Assembly: GCA_951406725.2 (NCBI GenBank) | Contig: OX597817.1 | Location: 137,764,001 to 137,828,000, forward strand | Direction of reading: 5' to 3' | DNA from: Octopus vulgaris | Lineage: Eukaryota | Length of the DNA: 64,000 bases | Shown: piece by piece, positions 28,200-40,590 of the stretch | How the letters are laid out: each line of letters begins with the position of its first letter | Numbering within the stretch: the first letter of the stretch is position 1 | Notes under the pieces: model-generated | Told to the model about the DNA's origin: nothing | What the model saw: only the letters and a program-made list of their open reading frames with translations | Database searches by the model: none | Made by a program: the position numbers and the translations under genes

Positions 28200-28861
28200 A
28201 CATATATACACGTGTGTGTGTGTGTGTGTGCGTTAGTAACACATACATATACACGAATACATTAATATCATTGTTATGACCAAATTAAATAAACAATTGC
28301 ACAAATAGCAACACTCACACTCAAGCTTGCATCCATGTGTGAATATATATATATGTGTGTGTGTGTAAATACACACAAATCTGTAGCTATGGAGACTATG
28401 ATTCGCTGAGGATCAAAATCTCGATTAAAGGGTAGACAAGAATATCGATTTGCTAAACTGATTTAATAATTATAATTATCGAAGACATTGTTATCAGTAA
28501 TCTTGGTTTTAATAGCATTTAACATTTATTTCACATTTAGAAGTGACGAAAATTTACCGAGAACCAGTTGATTATGGTAGGAGGAAAGAGATAAACAGTC
28601 TCCTGATGATTGCACGTTAGGTGTGATGGGCAGGGATGGCCGTTTGATGACAATACTTCGTACCTACCTACCTTGCATTATAACTAAACTCTTTAATCTG
28701 GTTAATCTTGTTAGTTTATCTATAAATGTTACAGACGTTGTTCATCGATTTGGATATACAGCTGAGGTCGAAATTCACTGGAAATTCAGGAAAAGACTCT
28801 GAAATGTCTTCATCTAGAATCACTTGACTCTATTTGAATTCAAAATGGTATTTACAAACTA

Positions 28862-29093
28862 GGGGATCGAGCTGGCAGAAACGTTAGCACGCCGGGCGAA
28901 ATGCTTAGCGGTATTTCGTCTGCCGCTACGTTCTGAGTTCAAATTCCGCCGAGGTCGACTTTGCCTTTCATCCTTTCGGGGTCGATTAAATAAGTACCAG
29001 TTACGCACTGGGGTCGATATAATCGACTTAATCCGTTTGTCTGTCCTTGTTTGTCCCTTCTGTGTTTAGCCCCTTATGGGTTGTAAAGAAATA
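28862..29093 (+). mobile_element. SINE family A, full length
   Basis: Matches the 2446 copy; GGTATTTACAAA direct repeat at 28847-28858 and 29094-29105. Confidence 0.9.
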
Positions 29094-29862
29094 GGTATTT
29101 ACAAATGATAGACGAGTCTTGTACATGTAAATTGTTTAATACAAAATATATATTTTAGTTTTGAAAGTTGCTGGCATGAGACCGCATCTTCAGGTTTAAA
29201 AAAGACGCAACTATTGATGGTTATTGCCAATACTGTCTGAAGTTGCGAAAAAACAAAAAAAAACATAGAGAAACGTTGTTGAGATGAAGAGTTGCATGAA
29301 ATGATGTTACACAAAAGATATTGAAGAAATGAAGACGTCCTGGTTGTATGTGAAGGTGAAGTGTGTCGTCAGGTTATAAATATTAGGAGCGTAACAGGGA
29401 CAGTGTCATATAAATACCAATTCCCAGAACAAAATGAATAAATATAAATATATTTTCTATTTTTGTGAGGGAATGTGAAGAGAGGAACGTGATAAGAAAT
29501 CATGGCGGATGTTTGCATGCATAGAAGAGTGAACGTAGGAGAGTGAGAGAGGAAGAAAGAGACAAAGATGGCAGAGACTGAGAAAGGCAAAACGATATGG
29601 TTAGTAAGTCGGTGCATACAAGATGTAATGGAAACAAAATCAAAGAGAATAAGAAATGGCGGGAAAAAGAAAGGAAGAAAGATGAAGTAATAAAGGGAAG
29701 TAAAACGTGAATAGATAAAAGGAACATTGATAATAAGAAGAAATAGGAAGACCAAAGCGGGGGGGGGGGGAGAGGAAGAGAGAGAAGAGCGAGAAAGTAG
29801 TTTAAACAATGAATGTAAAAAGTAGTTAGCGGAGTAGAGGAGAAAATGAAGGAGAAAATGAG

Positions 29863-29895
<33 letters not shown>

Positions 29896-31194
29896 GCATA
29901 GTTTAAACAAACTAGACATGGACGATACAAAAATAAAACGAACAACATGGCGGACTTCCCCCAAATGGTTTGGTTCTTGAAATCCTTATGATGTCACGGT
30001 CGGCTTGTTCTCTGGTCAGACTGACATTACTAAAATCTTTGACTGCCAACCAACAGCTCCCTGTTCTCCTCTTTATTTAATTCATTCTTTTATTTATTAC
30101 TTCACCCCCTTCTTTCTTTCTTCCTTTCTCGTCCCCTCTCCTCTCTTATTTTTTTATGTATCATCATCTGCTCTTTTTTTTCATTATTATTTTTGTTATT
30201 GTTGAATTCTACTTGGTGTTCGCAGATCTCATCATAGATACGCTTCGTTAAACATTACAAATATATTGTTTTCATTGGTTCATCCTTACGAATTGAATTC
30301 TACCATCGATTTTCTGTCTATATAATATCGATCTGACTGGAGTCTATATTGTTTATATCATTATTGTTTTTGTTATTGTTTTCTTATCCCCCCCCCCCTT
30401 TTTGTTATCATTATTGTCGGTTTCTCTTTCTCCCATGCATTTGTCGTGATTGAAAACATTATTCAAAGTACAAAAAAAAAAACGAATTAATGTTGATTTT
30501 TGTTGTTGTTGTTTGTTAGTTTTTTGTTGTTTTTTGCTTCTTTTTATGGGTCTAGCTTGAGCAACTTTATCTGTAAAAATAGGTTGGTGTGGGTTGGGAG
30601 AGAGAGAGATGCGGGTGGTGCGTGGTGGAGGACTTGGCTTTTTCTGTACTGTAAAAGCAAAGATAACAGCATACGATACCGCCCAACATCAATGGCAGCA
30701 TCAACAGCAATAACTGTAACAAGTGAATATTAAATGGATAACAGCGAAAAGGGAAACGAGGTTCTAAAATGGATGACAACCATGAGTACTGGCGGTGGTG
30801 GCGGTGGTGTTGTTGCTGTTGGTGGTGGTGATGGTGATGGTGGCGGCGGCGGCGGTGTTGATGATGACGACAATGATGATAATGATGATTGTCATTGTAA
30901 AGCGTTGCAGAGGTACTTATTCTCTCTGAGGAGTGACCAACCAGCCATGAAATATCTCAGGATAATCTATTGTGTGTGCGTGTGTGCAAGATATTTTGCA
31001 TTTCTTTACTTTCTACATTGTATTGTACATTGTATGCTTGCTTATATTAAACCTGCACAACATACACATACATGCATAATACATTATGATACATATTACA
31101 TGCATATATATATATGTATATATATATACATACATATAGACATATAGACATATATATTTGTACATATATATGTGTGTGTGTGAGTGTGTGTATG

Positions 31195-31234
<40 letters not shown>

Positions 31235-31263
31235 AATATATATAAACACACTCACATTTATGA

Positions 31264-31327
31264 GCGTGTCATCCTTGCGTAGAGGCCATGCTAATCTTTT
31301 CTGTATCGTTCCACTCTTTAATATATC
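31264..31327 (-). pseudogene. U6: truncated U6 snRNA pseudogene
   Basis: Minus strand TGGAACGATACAGAAAAGATTAGCATGGCCTCTACGCAAGGATGACACGC versus U6 TGGAACGATACAGAGAAGATTAGCATGGCCCCTGCGCAAGGATGACACGC. ACAGAGA box mutated; 5' stem and 3' end missing. Confidence 0.9.
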
Positions 31328-31547
31328 GAAAAGACCATTTATAAGAAAGAATTTCATTTGTAAGTTAATGGGTGCAACCATGTTTGGACGATACAAAATA
31401 AATCGCCTCAACCTTTCGATAAGAAAATTCTACACATGAACTGAATATGTTCTGTTGACTGTTCCCCACCCCACTAAAATACACTTACATTTTTTAGTCG
31501 CCTTTGGAATATTACAGTCTGACCGGTCTTCAAGTTTAATATTTCCA

Positions 31548-31831
31548 GTTGTATATTTAACAAATTAGGGATTATGTACATTATTTACATTTGACAGATA
31601 TTCATCCTCATCTTGTTCGATGTTTCAGCTGATATACCCTCCAGCCTTCATCAGGTGTCTTGGGAATATTTCGAACCTTAGGAATGAGAACCCAGGTTCG
31701 AAATTTCTCCCAAGACACTTGTGGAAGGCTGGAGGGTATATCAGCCGAAATGTTGTGTTAGCAACAAACAAGATGAGGACAAATATCCGTCAAATGTCTA
31801 TAATGTAAATAATGTAAATAATGTAAATAAT
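31548..31831. mobile_element. head-to-head inverted copy of the hammerhead-SINE tail
   Basis: Two opposed copies of the 35293-35440 sequence; 14-bp direct repeat GTTTAATATTTCCA at 31534-31547 and 31832-31845. Confidence 0.85.
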
Positions 31832-32223
31832 GTTTAATATTTCCATCCTAAATATCTCTTACCTCATTGATTCATGGTGTGTCAGCAAAACATGTGGCCG
31901 AATACCACCTGATGAAACGGAGTGGTCACGTAACAATGCGAGTCTATGAATGTTGTGTAATACTAAAGATGTATAGGTACGTGCTACTTTGTTATGCAAA
32001 CACAATATACTATATGTGTTTGTGTTTGTAAATTGTATAGAGTATAGTGTATAGTGTAGTACATTATGTTTGCATCACGAAGTACCACGTACCTACAAAT
32101 CTTTAACGCTTACATACCAATTCCAGGAATGTGTCTAATATGTAAATTGGTATATCCAATAACTTAACAGCGCTGTGTGCGGTGGCTGTATACGCAATGT
32201 GTTCTAAGGCAAGAGTTGGTTAG

Positions 32224-32278
32224 ATGGGTACTGAAGAAGGGGCAACGACAACCCCCGAAATATGGCATATACACTCAT
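32224..32278 (+). ncRNA. type I hammerhead ribozyme motif
   Basis: atgggta-CTGAAGA-a-gggg..ccccc-GAAA-tatggcata-TA-cactcat. Confidence 0.6.
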
Positions 32279-33088
32279 TACCCAATTTTATCTTCGAGCT
32301 TATTGTTTGTTTACATCTGACGTCTTGATACGAAACGTTGTAACAAAAATTAGTGCTAGTTAAAATTTCTATAGAATGCTCTGTAGAAATAACATTAACA
32401 AAACAATGTTCTCTAATATTTTATAGAACGAACTTTGTATTTGGTACTAAACCGCTCTATCGGAACGCACGTAGTCATGTTTTGAACTATCCATTCCTGT
32501 GTATGTGTGTGTATGTGTGTATGTGTGTGTGTGTAAGTGTGTGTACTTACATGTACTTATTTTAAAGAAAGCTTATGAACAACAATGGAACATTTAATGA
32601 TTTGAGGACGCGATTCTGAAATTAGAGCCAAATGCTCCAATTTTGCCGATCATTTTATTCAAGCAAACTGTTTGTGTAAACTGCGACTCGAATCTTAAAG
32701 TACACAGACACGCATGCGCGTATATAGTGAGATGGTGATGAGTACTTCAGATCTATTAACTGTAAAGTCGTTCGTGAAAGGGGGGGGGGTAATGTGCGAT
32801 TGCAATGCTTAAATACAGCTTAGACTGTTGTTTAATTAAATGTCACCATTAATTGAGCAATAATCGTAGGAGAATTTAGTAAAGATACTTGATTAAAGAA
32901 ATGAATGAGGGAATTATTGGTATGATGAAAGGAATTATGAAATATTAAATTGGAAAGGGGATTAAAGGCTGATGAGATTATCCACTACTTGTTAGAGTAC
33001 GAAATCTTCAGTGAGAGTCAGAGCGATAATGCTGAAATAGAAAACCATAGCTTTGAACTCCTTATATTGGGCAGGCAATGTATTAGAG

Positions 33089-33317
33089 CTGTGGATCTCA
33101 ACCAGGGTCAAAGTGGCCCTTGCGGCTCCATTTAAGATAAAATTTATCTGCAGTAAAGTGTTTATATTTCTGAAATACGCAAAATATTTTAATAATTCCT
33201 TTTTATGTAATTTCTAATAATATTTCGTTATAAAACTATCGAATGGCTAGGAGGGTTTCGTAGAGTGAAAAAGGAATCACAGGGGTTCCAAGGCAAAACA
33301 ATGGTTGAGAAACACTG
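33089..33317. mobile_element. hAT-like MITE
   Basis: TIRs CTGTGGATCTCAACC / GGTTGAGAAACACTG; same family as 46159-46413. Confidence 0.65.
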
Positions 33318-33754
33318 TATTTTACCACTTAATATTGCTACCACCAAAAATGGCAAAATTAGTTTCATTGAGAATATTCTAACTGCCGTTGTTGTTATTG
33401 TTGTTGTTGTTGTTGGCTATAAAATATTAATCATTTAACAAGGCTTCGATTTAACAACACAATTCTATATCTTCTAGGAACAAACTAAAAAAAAAAGAAG
33501 AAAATTACTTTAAACCGAAAATTGCGATCACCGACGGCGTAAGGTCAAAACGAAACCCTTGTGAATCACTGCTAATTTCAAGGGTTAGTATTTAGAAGAG
33601 AATATCACAGACAACACGCGCACATACGCACATGCGCATACATAAGCGCACGCTGAGATAAACATAAGCAGCAAGGATTAAACTAATAAAACTAGGGATT
33701 CTACGGCTGCATATTGACAATAATAACAACAGAAGTAATAACAACAACAACAAT

Positions 33755-33825
<71 letters not shown>

Positions 33826-33827
<2 letters not shown>

Positions 33828-33950
33828 TCCTACGTAAAACACTTTCAATACAATGAAAATAAGAGCACCACAACAAACTACTGCACATAACCAAGGCACA
33901 CAGAGCTGCGCTGGGTAGTGCAGTGAAAGCACGTGATAAAAATAAGACTA

Positions 33951-33954
<4 letters not shown>
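33826..33954 (+). mobile_element. 3' terminal fragment of the R4/Dong-type LINE inside (AAT)n
   Basis: ATCCTACG..CCAAGGCACACAGAGCTGC..GAAAGCACG..ACTACTG matches the reverse complement of 35460-35590. Confidence 0.85.
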
Positions 33955-34015
<61 letters not shown>

Positions 34016-34144
34016 CAATAACAACAACAACAACAACAATAATAACTACAACAACAACAACAACAGCAACTGCAACAATAACAATGACAATGATTGCCCA
34101 TTGTTGGCGGTGCTAGTGGTTTTATGATGAACGTGGTTATTATT

Positions 34145-34186
<42 letters not shown>

Positions 34187-34417
34187 TGTTTCTTTACTAC
34201 ACACTAGGAGCTAAACATAGAAGGGACAAACAAGGACAGACAAACGGATTAAGTCGATTATATTGACCCCAGTGCGTAACTGGAACTTAATTTATTGACC
34301 CCGAAAGGATGAAAGGCAAAGTCGACCTTGGCGGAATTTGAACTCAGAACGTAACGGCAGTCGAAATACGGCTACGCATTTCGCCCCGCGTGCTAACGAT
34401 TCTACCAGCTCGCAGCC
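34187..34417 (-). mobile_element. SINE family A
   Basis: Reverse complement of the 28862 copy. Confidence 0.9.
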
Positions 34418-34439
34418 GTCATCATCATCATCATCATCA

Positions 34440-34472
<33 letters not shown>

Positions 34473-35292
34473 TTGTTATTATCATAATTATTAGGATGTT
34501 GATGATGACGATGATGAGGAGGAGGATGATGATGATGACGACGACGGTGATGATGATGACATGATGACGATGATGATAACGATAACGATGCTGGTGATGA
34601 AAAATGATGCAATTAGCTTTGAAAAATGTAAATTGAACATCCGGAGGGAAATAGAGAAGAAACAGAAAAAAGAGAAAGAGGGGGAAAAGGAGAGAGAAAG
34701 AGACTGAATGACGCCAGACACGTTTGAAATATTGCGACACATCCTTTAGGTTCAGTGATCCGTTTCTGAACTTTAGGTTTCGTGTTTTTTAATCTGGCTG
34801 CAAGCATCCTTGATGCCCCTAACCCTCTTGTCACGCACCTTCTTCACTCTACCAAGTTTCCTTCAAAGGTATTCCCCCAGACACCTAAGACCTGTAATAT
34901 GAAATGTTTCTAGAACCGTCTCCATTATGGCGACTTACTAAGTCAGAAGCAGTGTTACTCATAGGAATTTACCTCTTCAACTTCTAGCAACCTCTGCTCC
35001 TCAAAATCTTCAAATTCAACCAACACGTCAAATCCTTCGCGTGATTAGGAATAATGTAGTGGAAGCAGTTTTGGTAAATTTTCGGCGCACTGAATCCAAA
35101 AATCCAATTTCGATTCCACGTTTGCAATAAATCATTGATATTGATAAAACATGAGGGAAAAGCAGAAATCTCACACGTTCCCATTCACGTGACTGGTAAA
35201 TTCGATTACTTGCAATTAATATTATTAATATCAAATATAAACACAAGGTCACAGATATTGAAAGAGGGTGTAATCAATTTAATTAACTTGTA

Positions 35293-35459
35293 CATTATTT
35301 ACATTATTTACATTTGACGGATATTTGTCCTCATCTTGTTTGTTGTAAACACAACATTTCGGCTGATATACCCTCCAGCCTTCATCAGGTGTCTTGGGGA
35401 AATTTCGAAACTGGGTTCTCATTCCTAAGGTATTTTTCGATGTTGTTATTATTATTATT
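35293..35459 (-). mobile_element. 3' half of the tRNA-hammerhead SINE (HHR at ~35350-35392)
   Basis: Minus strand acac-CTGATGA-a-ggctg..cagcc-GAAA-tg-TT-gtgt, followed by a (TGTAAATAA)n tail. Confidence 0.8.
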
Positions 35460-37905
35460 CAGTAGTTTTATTTTTTATAGCGTGCTTTCGCTTCACTACC
35501 GAGTGCAGCTCTGTGTGCCTTGGGTATGTGCTGTGATTTGTTGTGATGCTCTGATGGTTATTGTATGGAAAGTGTTCAGCGTAGGATGTGTGCAATGCCT
35601 AGTAGTGCAATTTTCTGTATGTTATATGTGTTTGTAAGTCCTGGTGTTTTTGTTATGTATTTGTCTGAATAATTTTTTATCATGCCTAATGCACCTACTA
35701 TGATAGGAATTGTTTCTGTTTTTAGATTCCACATTCTGGTTACCTCCATTTCCAGGTCTTTGTATTTTGAAAGTTTCTCCATTTCTTTTAGAGAAGCGTT
35801 GTCATCTGCCGGTATTGATACATCAATTAGAAAGCATTTTTATCTTCATGATCTCTGACAACTATATCTGGTCTGTTGGCCTTAATTTCTCTATCTGTGT
35901 GTATCGGCATATCCCAGAGTATGGTTGCTTTCTCGTTTTCTGTGACCTTTTCTGGTGTGTGCCTATACCATCTTTTTTCTGTTGTTATTCCATAATGTTG
36001 GCATAGCTTCCAGTGTATGTAGGTTCCAACTCTGTCATGTCTGTGAATATATTCCTTCTTAGCCAGGACTGGGCAGCCAGAGATAATATGATTTATTGTT
36101 TCTTGTCCATCTCCACATATTCTGCAGTTACTTGTTATATTTCTTTTCATTACATGTTTTTGGTAAGTTCTGGTGGGAGGCTTTAGTCTTGTGCTGCAAT
36201 TAAAAATCCCTCTGTCTCTGCTTTGAGTCCTGAGCTTCTCAACCATTGCTGGGATTTTTCTTTGTCTATTTCTTTTGCATTTAGTTTAGTCCAGTATTTA
36301 CCGTGAAGGGGTTTTTCTTGCCATCGTTTTATCATGGTTCTTTGCTGTTCTAATTTTAGTTTGGATTTCATTTGTTTTATAGCTTTTGTTGTTTCTTCAT
36401 CTTCTTCTTCTTCTTCTTTACATTTGTTAGGTGGTATGATTTCTTGTTTGTATTTATCGGCTTCCTTAAATATTGAGAACAGTTTTTTGTTTTGCTCGTG
36501 TTTTGCCGCTATTTGTATCAGTTTTCTTTCCTTCTGAAGTAGATATTTTTGCAGTCCTATGGTGGTTATTTTATAGTAGTTTTCCAGCTGTATAAGGCCT
36601 CTACTACCTTCTATACGTTGTATATATAGTCTTTCTATGTCAGATTTTGGGTGATGCATCCTAGATCCTGTCATTATTTTTCTTGTTTTCCTATCTATTT
36701 TGGTCAGTTCATTTAGTGTCCAGTTAAGGATATTGTAGCTGTAACTTATAACTGGGACAGCTAAAGTGTTAATACCTATTATCTTGTTTTTAGCATTGAG
36801 CTCTGTTTTTAGTATTGATCTAACTCGTCTATAATATTCTTTTTTTAATTTTCTCTTTCATTTGTGTGTGTTGTGTCTAATCTAGTTCATGGATTCCTAA
36901 GTATTTGTAAGTTTGGCTTTGGTCTAATTCTTTTATTTCATTGGTTTTATCTAGTGTGATGTTGCTACTCTTAATTAGTTTTCCTCTTTTCAGGGTTACT
37001 TTGCCACATTTTTCTAATCCAAATTTCATATCTATTTCTTTGGTAAATCCATGAACTGTCTTTAATAGTGTTTCCAGCTGTTTGTCATTTGCAGCGTATA
37101 GTTTTAGGTCATCCATATATAAAAAGTGGCTGATCGTTTTGCCGTAACATTTATATCCGCATCCAGTTCTATTTAGCATATCAGATAGAGGTGACAGTGC
37201 CAAGCAGAAAAGGAGTGGAGAGAGCGTGTCTCCCTGGAATATTCCTCTTCTAATGGGGATGTCTTTGGTTTTCACGAGTCCCTCTTTTGTTGGGAGCTGT
37301 AGCACTGTTTGCCATTTATTCATAGAGTGCCCAATGAATTTTATAATTGTTGGTGCTATTTTGTTAATGGCTAGTGTTTCGAAGATCCATGTGTGGGGGA
37401 TGCTATCAAACGCCTTTTTGTAGTCGATCCAGGCCATACTGAGGCCTTTCTTCTTTCTGTGGCTGTCTTCAGTTATGGCTTTATTGATCATTAGTTGATC
37501 TTTACAGCCGTATGAGCCTTTGCGGCATCCTTTCTGCTCTTCTGGAAACAGGTTGTTTTCGTCTAGGTGCTTGTTCAACCTTTGCGATATCACTGCAGTA
37601 AATGCCTTGTACATCGTAGGGAGACAGGTTATTGGTCTGTAGTTTTCTGGTTTTGCTGTCTCATTTGATTTGGGAATTAAGATGGTTTTCCCCTTCATGA
37701 GCCATTCAGGCGTTGTCTCTGGCTCTGCTAGTATGTTGTTAAAATTTTCAGCCAGCTTTTTGTGCATTCCTGTTAGATATTTCAACCAGAAGTTGGGGAT
37801 CTTGTCATGCCCAGGTGCCTTCCAGTTGCTTAGTTTTTGCAGTGCCTGGGTGACCTCTTCAGTTGTTATGGGGGTCCAAAGTTGCTCAGATGCTGAGTTT
37901 GTTAT
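35460..37905 (-). mobile_element. 5'-truncated, frameshifted R4/Dong-clade non-LTR retrotransposon (RT + CCHC + restriction-like endonuclease)
   Basis: KAPGHDKI, NYRPITCL, IDYKKAFDSI, GIFQGDTLSP and LYMDD (RT); CRICG..ETINHIISGC (zinc knuckle); RHD, RPDIVV and EKLSKYKDL (RLE). Split over ORFs 36877-37785, 36183-36674, 35827-36246 and 35576-35782; (TTA)n on both sides. Confidence 0.92.
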
Positions 37906-37935
37906 TTTAAAATTCTTCTTTTTTGGTTGTTATTA

Positions 37936-38002
<67 letters not shown>

Positions 38003-38016
38003 TAGTATTATTTATG

Positions 38017-38088
38017 CTACTGCCTGGAATCGAACTCGAAATATTGGGCTTAGTAGCCTTTGCTCTTAACCACTACGCAATATGCCCG
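38017..38088 (-). mobile_element. tRNA-like head of the hammerhead SINE
   Basis: Minus strand GGGCATATTGCGTAGTGGTTAAGAGC..GGCTACTAAGCC..GAGTTCGATTCCAGGC with A box and B box; lies inside the 14-bp TSD shared with the 35293 tail. Confidence 0.8.
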
Positions 38089-38981
38089 TTGTTAATTTGT
38101 TAATTATGCCGGTTATTAATTAACTTGTATTCATTTCATCGATACCGGAAGTTGAGAACGTTGTGGTTGGGTATCAAAATTTAAAGGGAGTTAATCGTTG
38201 TCCCCCTTTTAACACTTCCGCTTAGACCTTGTATCACTTTAGCCGAGTCTATTCTGTAGCCATTTTCTCCTTTGGGGTCCTTTTCATTCTTAAATATCCC
38301 CTAAAGTACCGTGGAAACTTCCTTTCTTCATTTCAAAATGAACGACGAATACTTCAAGACATTCTCTCATTCCTCCTACCAATTCTCTTCCCAACTGCCA
38401 TTATACGCTACTATTATTCTCATTCTTAAAACCAAAGTTTTGGTTTGTTTTGCTACCACACACAAACGATTCCCGTTTCTTTCTACTTTTCCTCTCCCTA
38501 TTTCTGTTATCGATTTATTAGTGGTAAACCAATGAATATTTTATTTACTCCAAGGAAAAACATCGAGAAACATCTAAACACAACTCAATCACATCCTTCC
38601 TCTCTGTCATTGATTAATCGATGAAGAAAACTCTCTCTCTCTCTCTCTCTCCTCACTTAACGTTGGTAGTGCTTTAAGGCAACCACTTACACCATAAACC
38701 ATTCTGTCTTTCAAAAGTCTGGAACATTGTGACTGGTCAATATGACATTGATAATTTATGGAGAAAATGGCGAATTGGTGAATGACTGATCAATTGCAAT
38801 GATTGTGATCGGAAACTTGGTAAGAATTATGGGAAAGCTTTCACTGCATAAAAGTGTCCAAAATATTTAAAGGTGTTGTTAATTACTCATTAGTAGTCAG
38901 CCTTGGTTACAAAAACTACAGAACAAATACAGACATTCGGTATTTAGTTCTGTATATTAGATATAAAAGGAATGTTTTAGA

Positions 38982-39046
<65 letters not shown>

Positions 39047-39086
39047 TCTCTCGCTCTCTCTTTCTCTTTCTCTCTCTCTCTCGCTC

Positions 39087-39119
<33 letters not shown>

Positions 39120-39249
39120 CTCTCTCCATCTCTCTCACTCTGTCTCTCTCTCTCCCTCTCTCTCTCACTGTATACACACACACACACACACACATAACTA
39201 TATTGTGTATATACATATCTTTGCTTCTATGTCTAGTTCTATAGTTATG

Positions 39250-39494
39250 TTTCTTTTACTTATTTCTGTCATTAGACTGCGGCCATGCTGGGGTACCACC
39301 ATTGAATAATTTTTTTAAATCGAATGAATCGCTCCCAGTTCTTATATTCTTTAAATTTGGCACTCATTCTGTCGGTCTCTTTGGCCAAACCGCTAAGTTC
39401 CGGGGACGTAAACACACCTATGCCGGTTGTCAAACGGTGGTGGGGACAAACACTAACACAAAGACAAACACACATACAGATACATAGAGATACG

Positions 39495-39556
<62 letters not shown>

Positions 39557-39720
39557 ACGGCCTTCTTTCAGTTTCCATCGGCCAAATTCACTCACATGGC
39601 TTTGGTCGGCTCGATGTTATAGTAGGAGACACTTGTTCAAGATACTGTGCAGTGGGGCTGAACACGGAACCATGTGGTTGAGAAGTAAGCATTTTTACCA
39701 CACAGCCACGCCAGCGCCGC
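39250..39720 (-). mobile_element. SINE family B
   Basis: Same architecture as the 11285 copy. Confidence 0.85.
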
Positions 39721-40092
39721 CTATAAAAGAAATTTAATATCTAAACTGAAGAATGACTCCAATGCATTTTAGTAAAAGAAATATGATTAAATTTTGCAAG
39801 GAAAAGGTTTGTAGTTAGGACGAAGTTCCGGCTTCTTCGCCTTCATCAGACTGTACTTTGGTGGGTAGAGATATGTGATCGATACTTAGGTATGATGTAG
39901 GTCGATCGGGCAAGTAATTATGCAGGGAGGGATACATGTTTATTTACACATGTGGTACAGCCCAGCAACAATAAGAAGGAAACGAAATACCATCATCATG
40001 TCAATTTTTTGTGAGAAAAATATGTGAAAGATTAATTTATTTCAATATATTTTCACGTTTCCTTTTCAATCGCTTTTAAATGTGTATTTCAT

Positions 40093-40270
40093 GTGTATTT
40101 CAAAGGGCCAGTCTTGTCACACTCTGTGTCACGCTGAATCTCCCCGAGAACTACGTTAAGGGTACACATATCTGTGGAGTGCTCAGCCACTTGCACGTTA
40201 ATTTCACGAGCAGGCTATTCCGTTGATTGGATCAACTGGATCCCTCGTCGTCGAAACCGATGGAGTGTCA
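40093..40270 (+). mobile_element. SINE family C tail
   Basis: GTCACGCTGAATCTCCCCGAGAACTACGTTAAGGG..GTGCTCAGCCACTTGCACG. Confidence 0.85.
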
Positions 40271-40423
40271 CTAATTGGTTATAATTTGCAAATTTTTCAC
40301 ACATCTACACTGTTTTATATTTTATATGTTTTATTTATTGATTTTTTAGCTTCTAACTTTTATCTTTTGATTAGCGAATTGATTCGATTAATTTATTTTC
40401 TATTATTAGACATATATTTAAAG

Positions 40424-40590
40424 CGCTGAGCTGACGGAATAGTTAGCACGTTGGACAAAATGCTTAGCCATATTTCTTCACTCTTTAAGTTCCGAGTTCA
40501 AATTCCGCAGAAGTCGAATTTGTCTTTCATCCTTTTTGTGGTTGAAAAAAATATGTACCAGTTGAATACTAAGATCGATTACATCGGCCC
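40424..40590 (+). mobile_element. SINE family A, diverged
   Basis: GAGCTGACGGAATAGTTAGCAC..GAGTTCAAATTCCGC..TTTCATCCTTT. Confidence 0.7.

Noticed and set aside
30920-30965. CTGAGGA...GAAA..TC motif
   Set aside because: Stems of 3 bp or fewer; compatible with chance
38017-38088. Functional tRNA gene
   Set aside because: Acceptor stem does not pair; lies within a TSD-bracketed SINE
39815-39855. Minus-strand CTGATGA-aggc..gcc-GGAA hammerhead-like motif
   Set aside because: GAAA is mutated and stem I does not pair; at most a decayed relic
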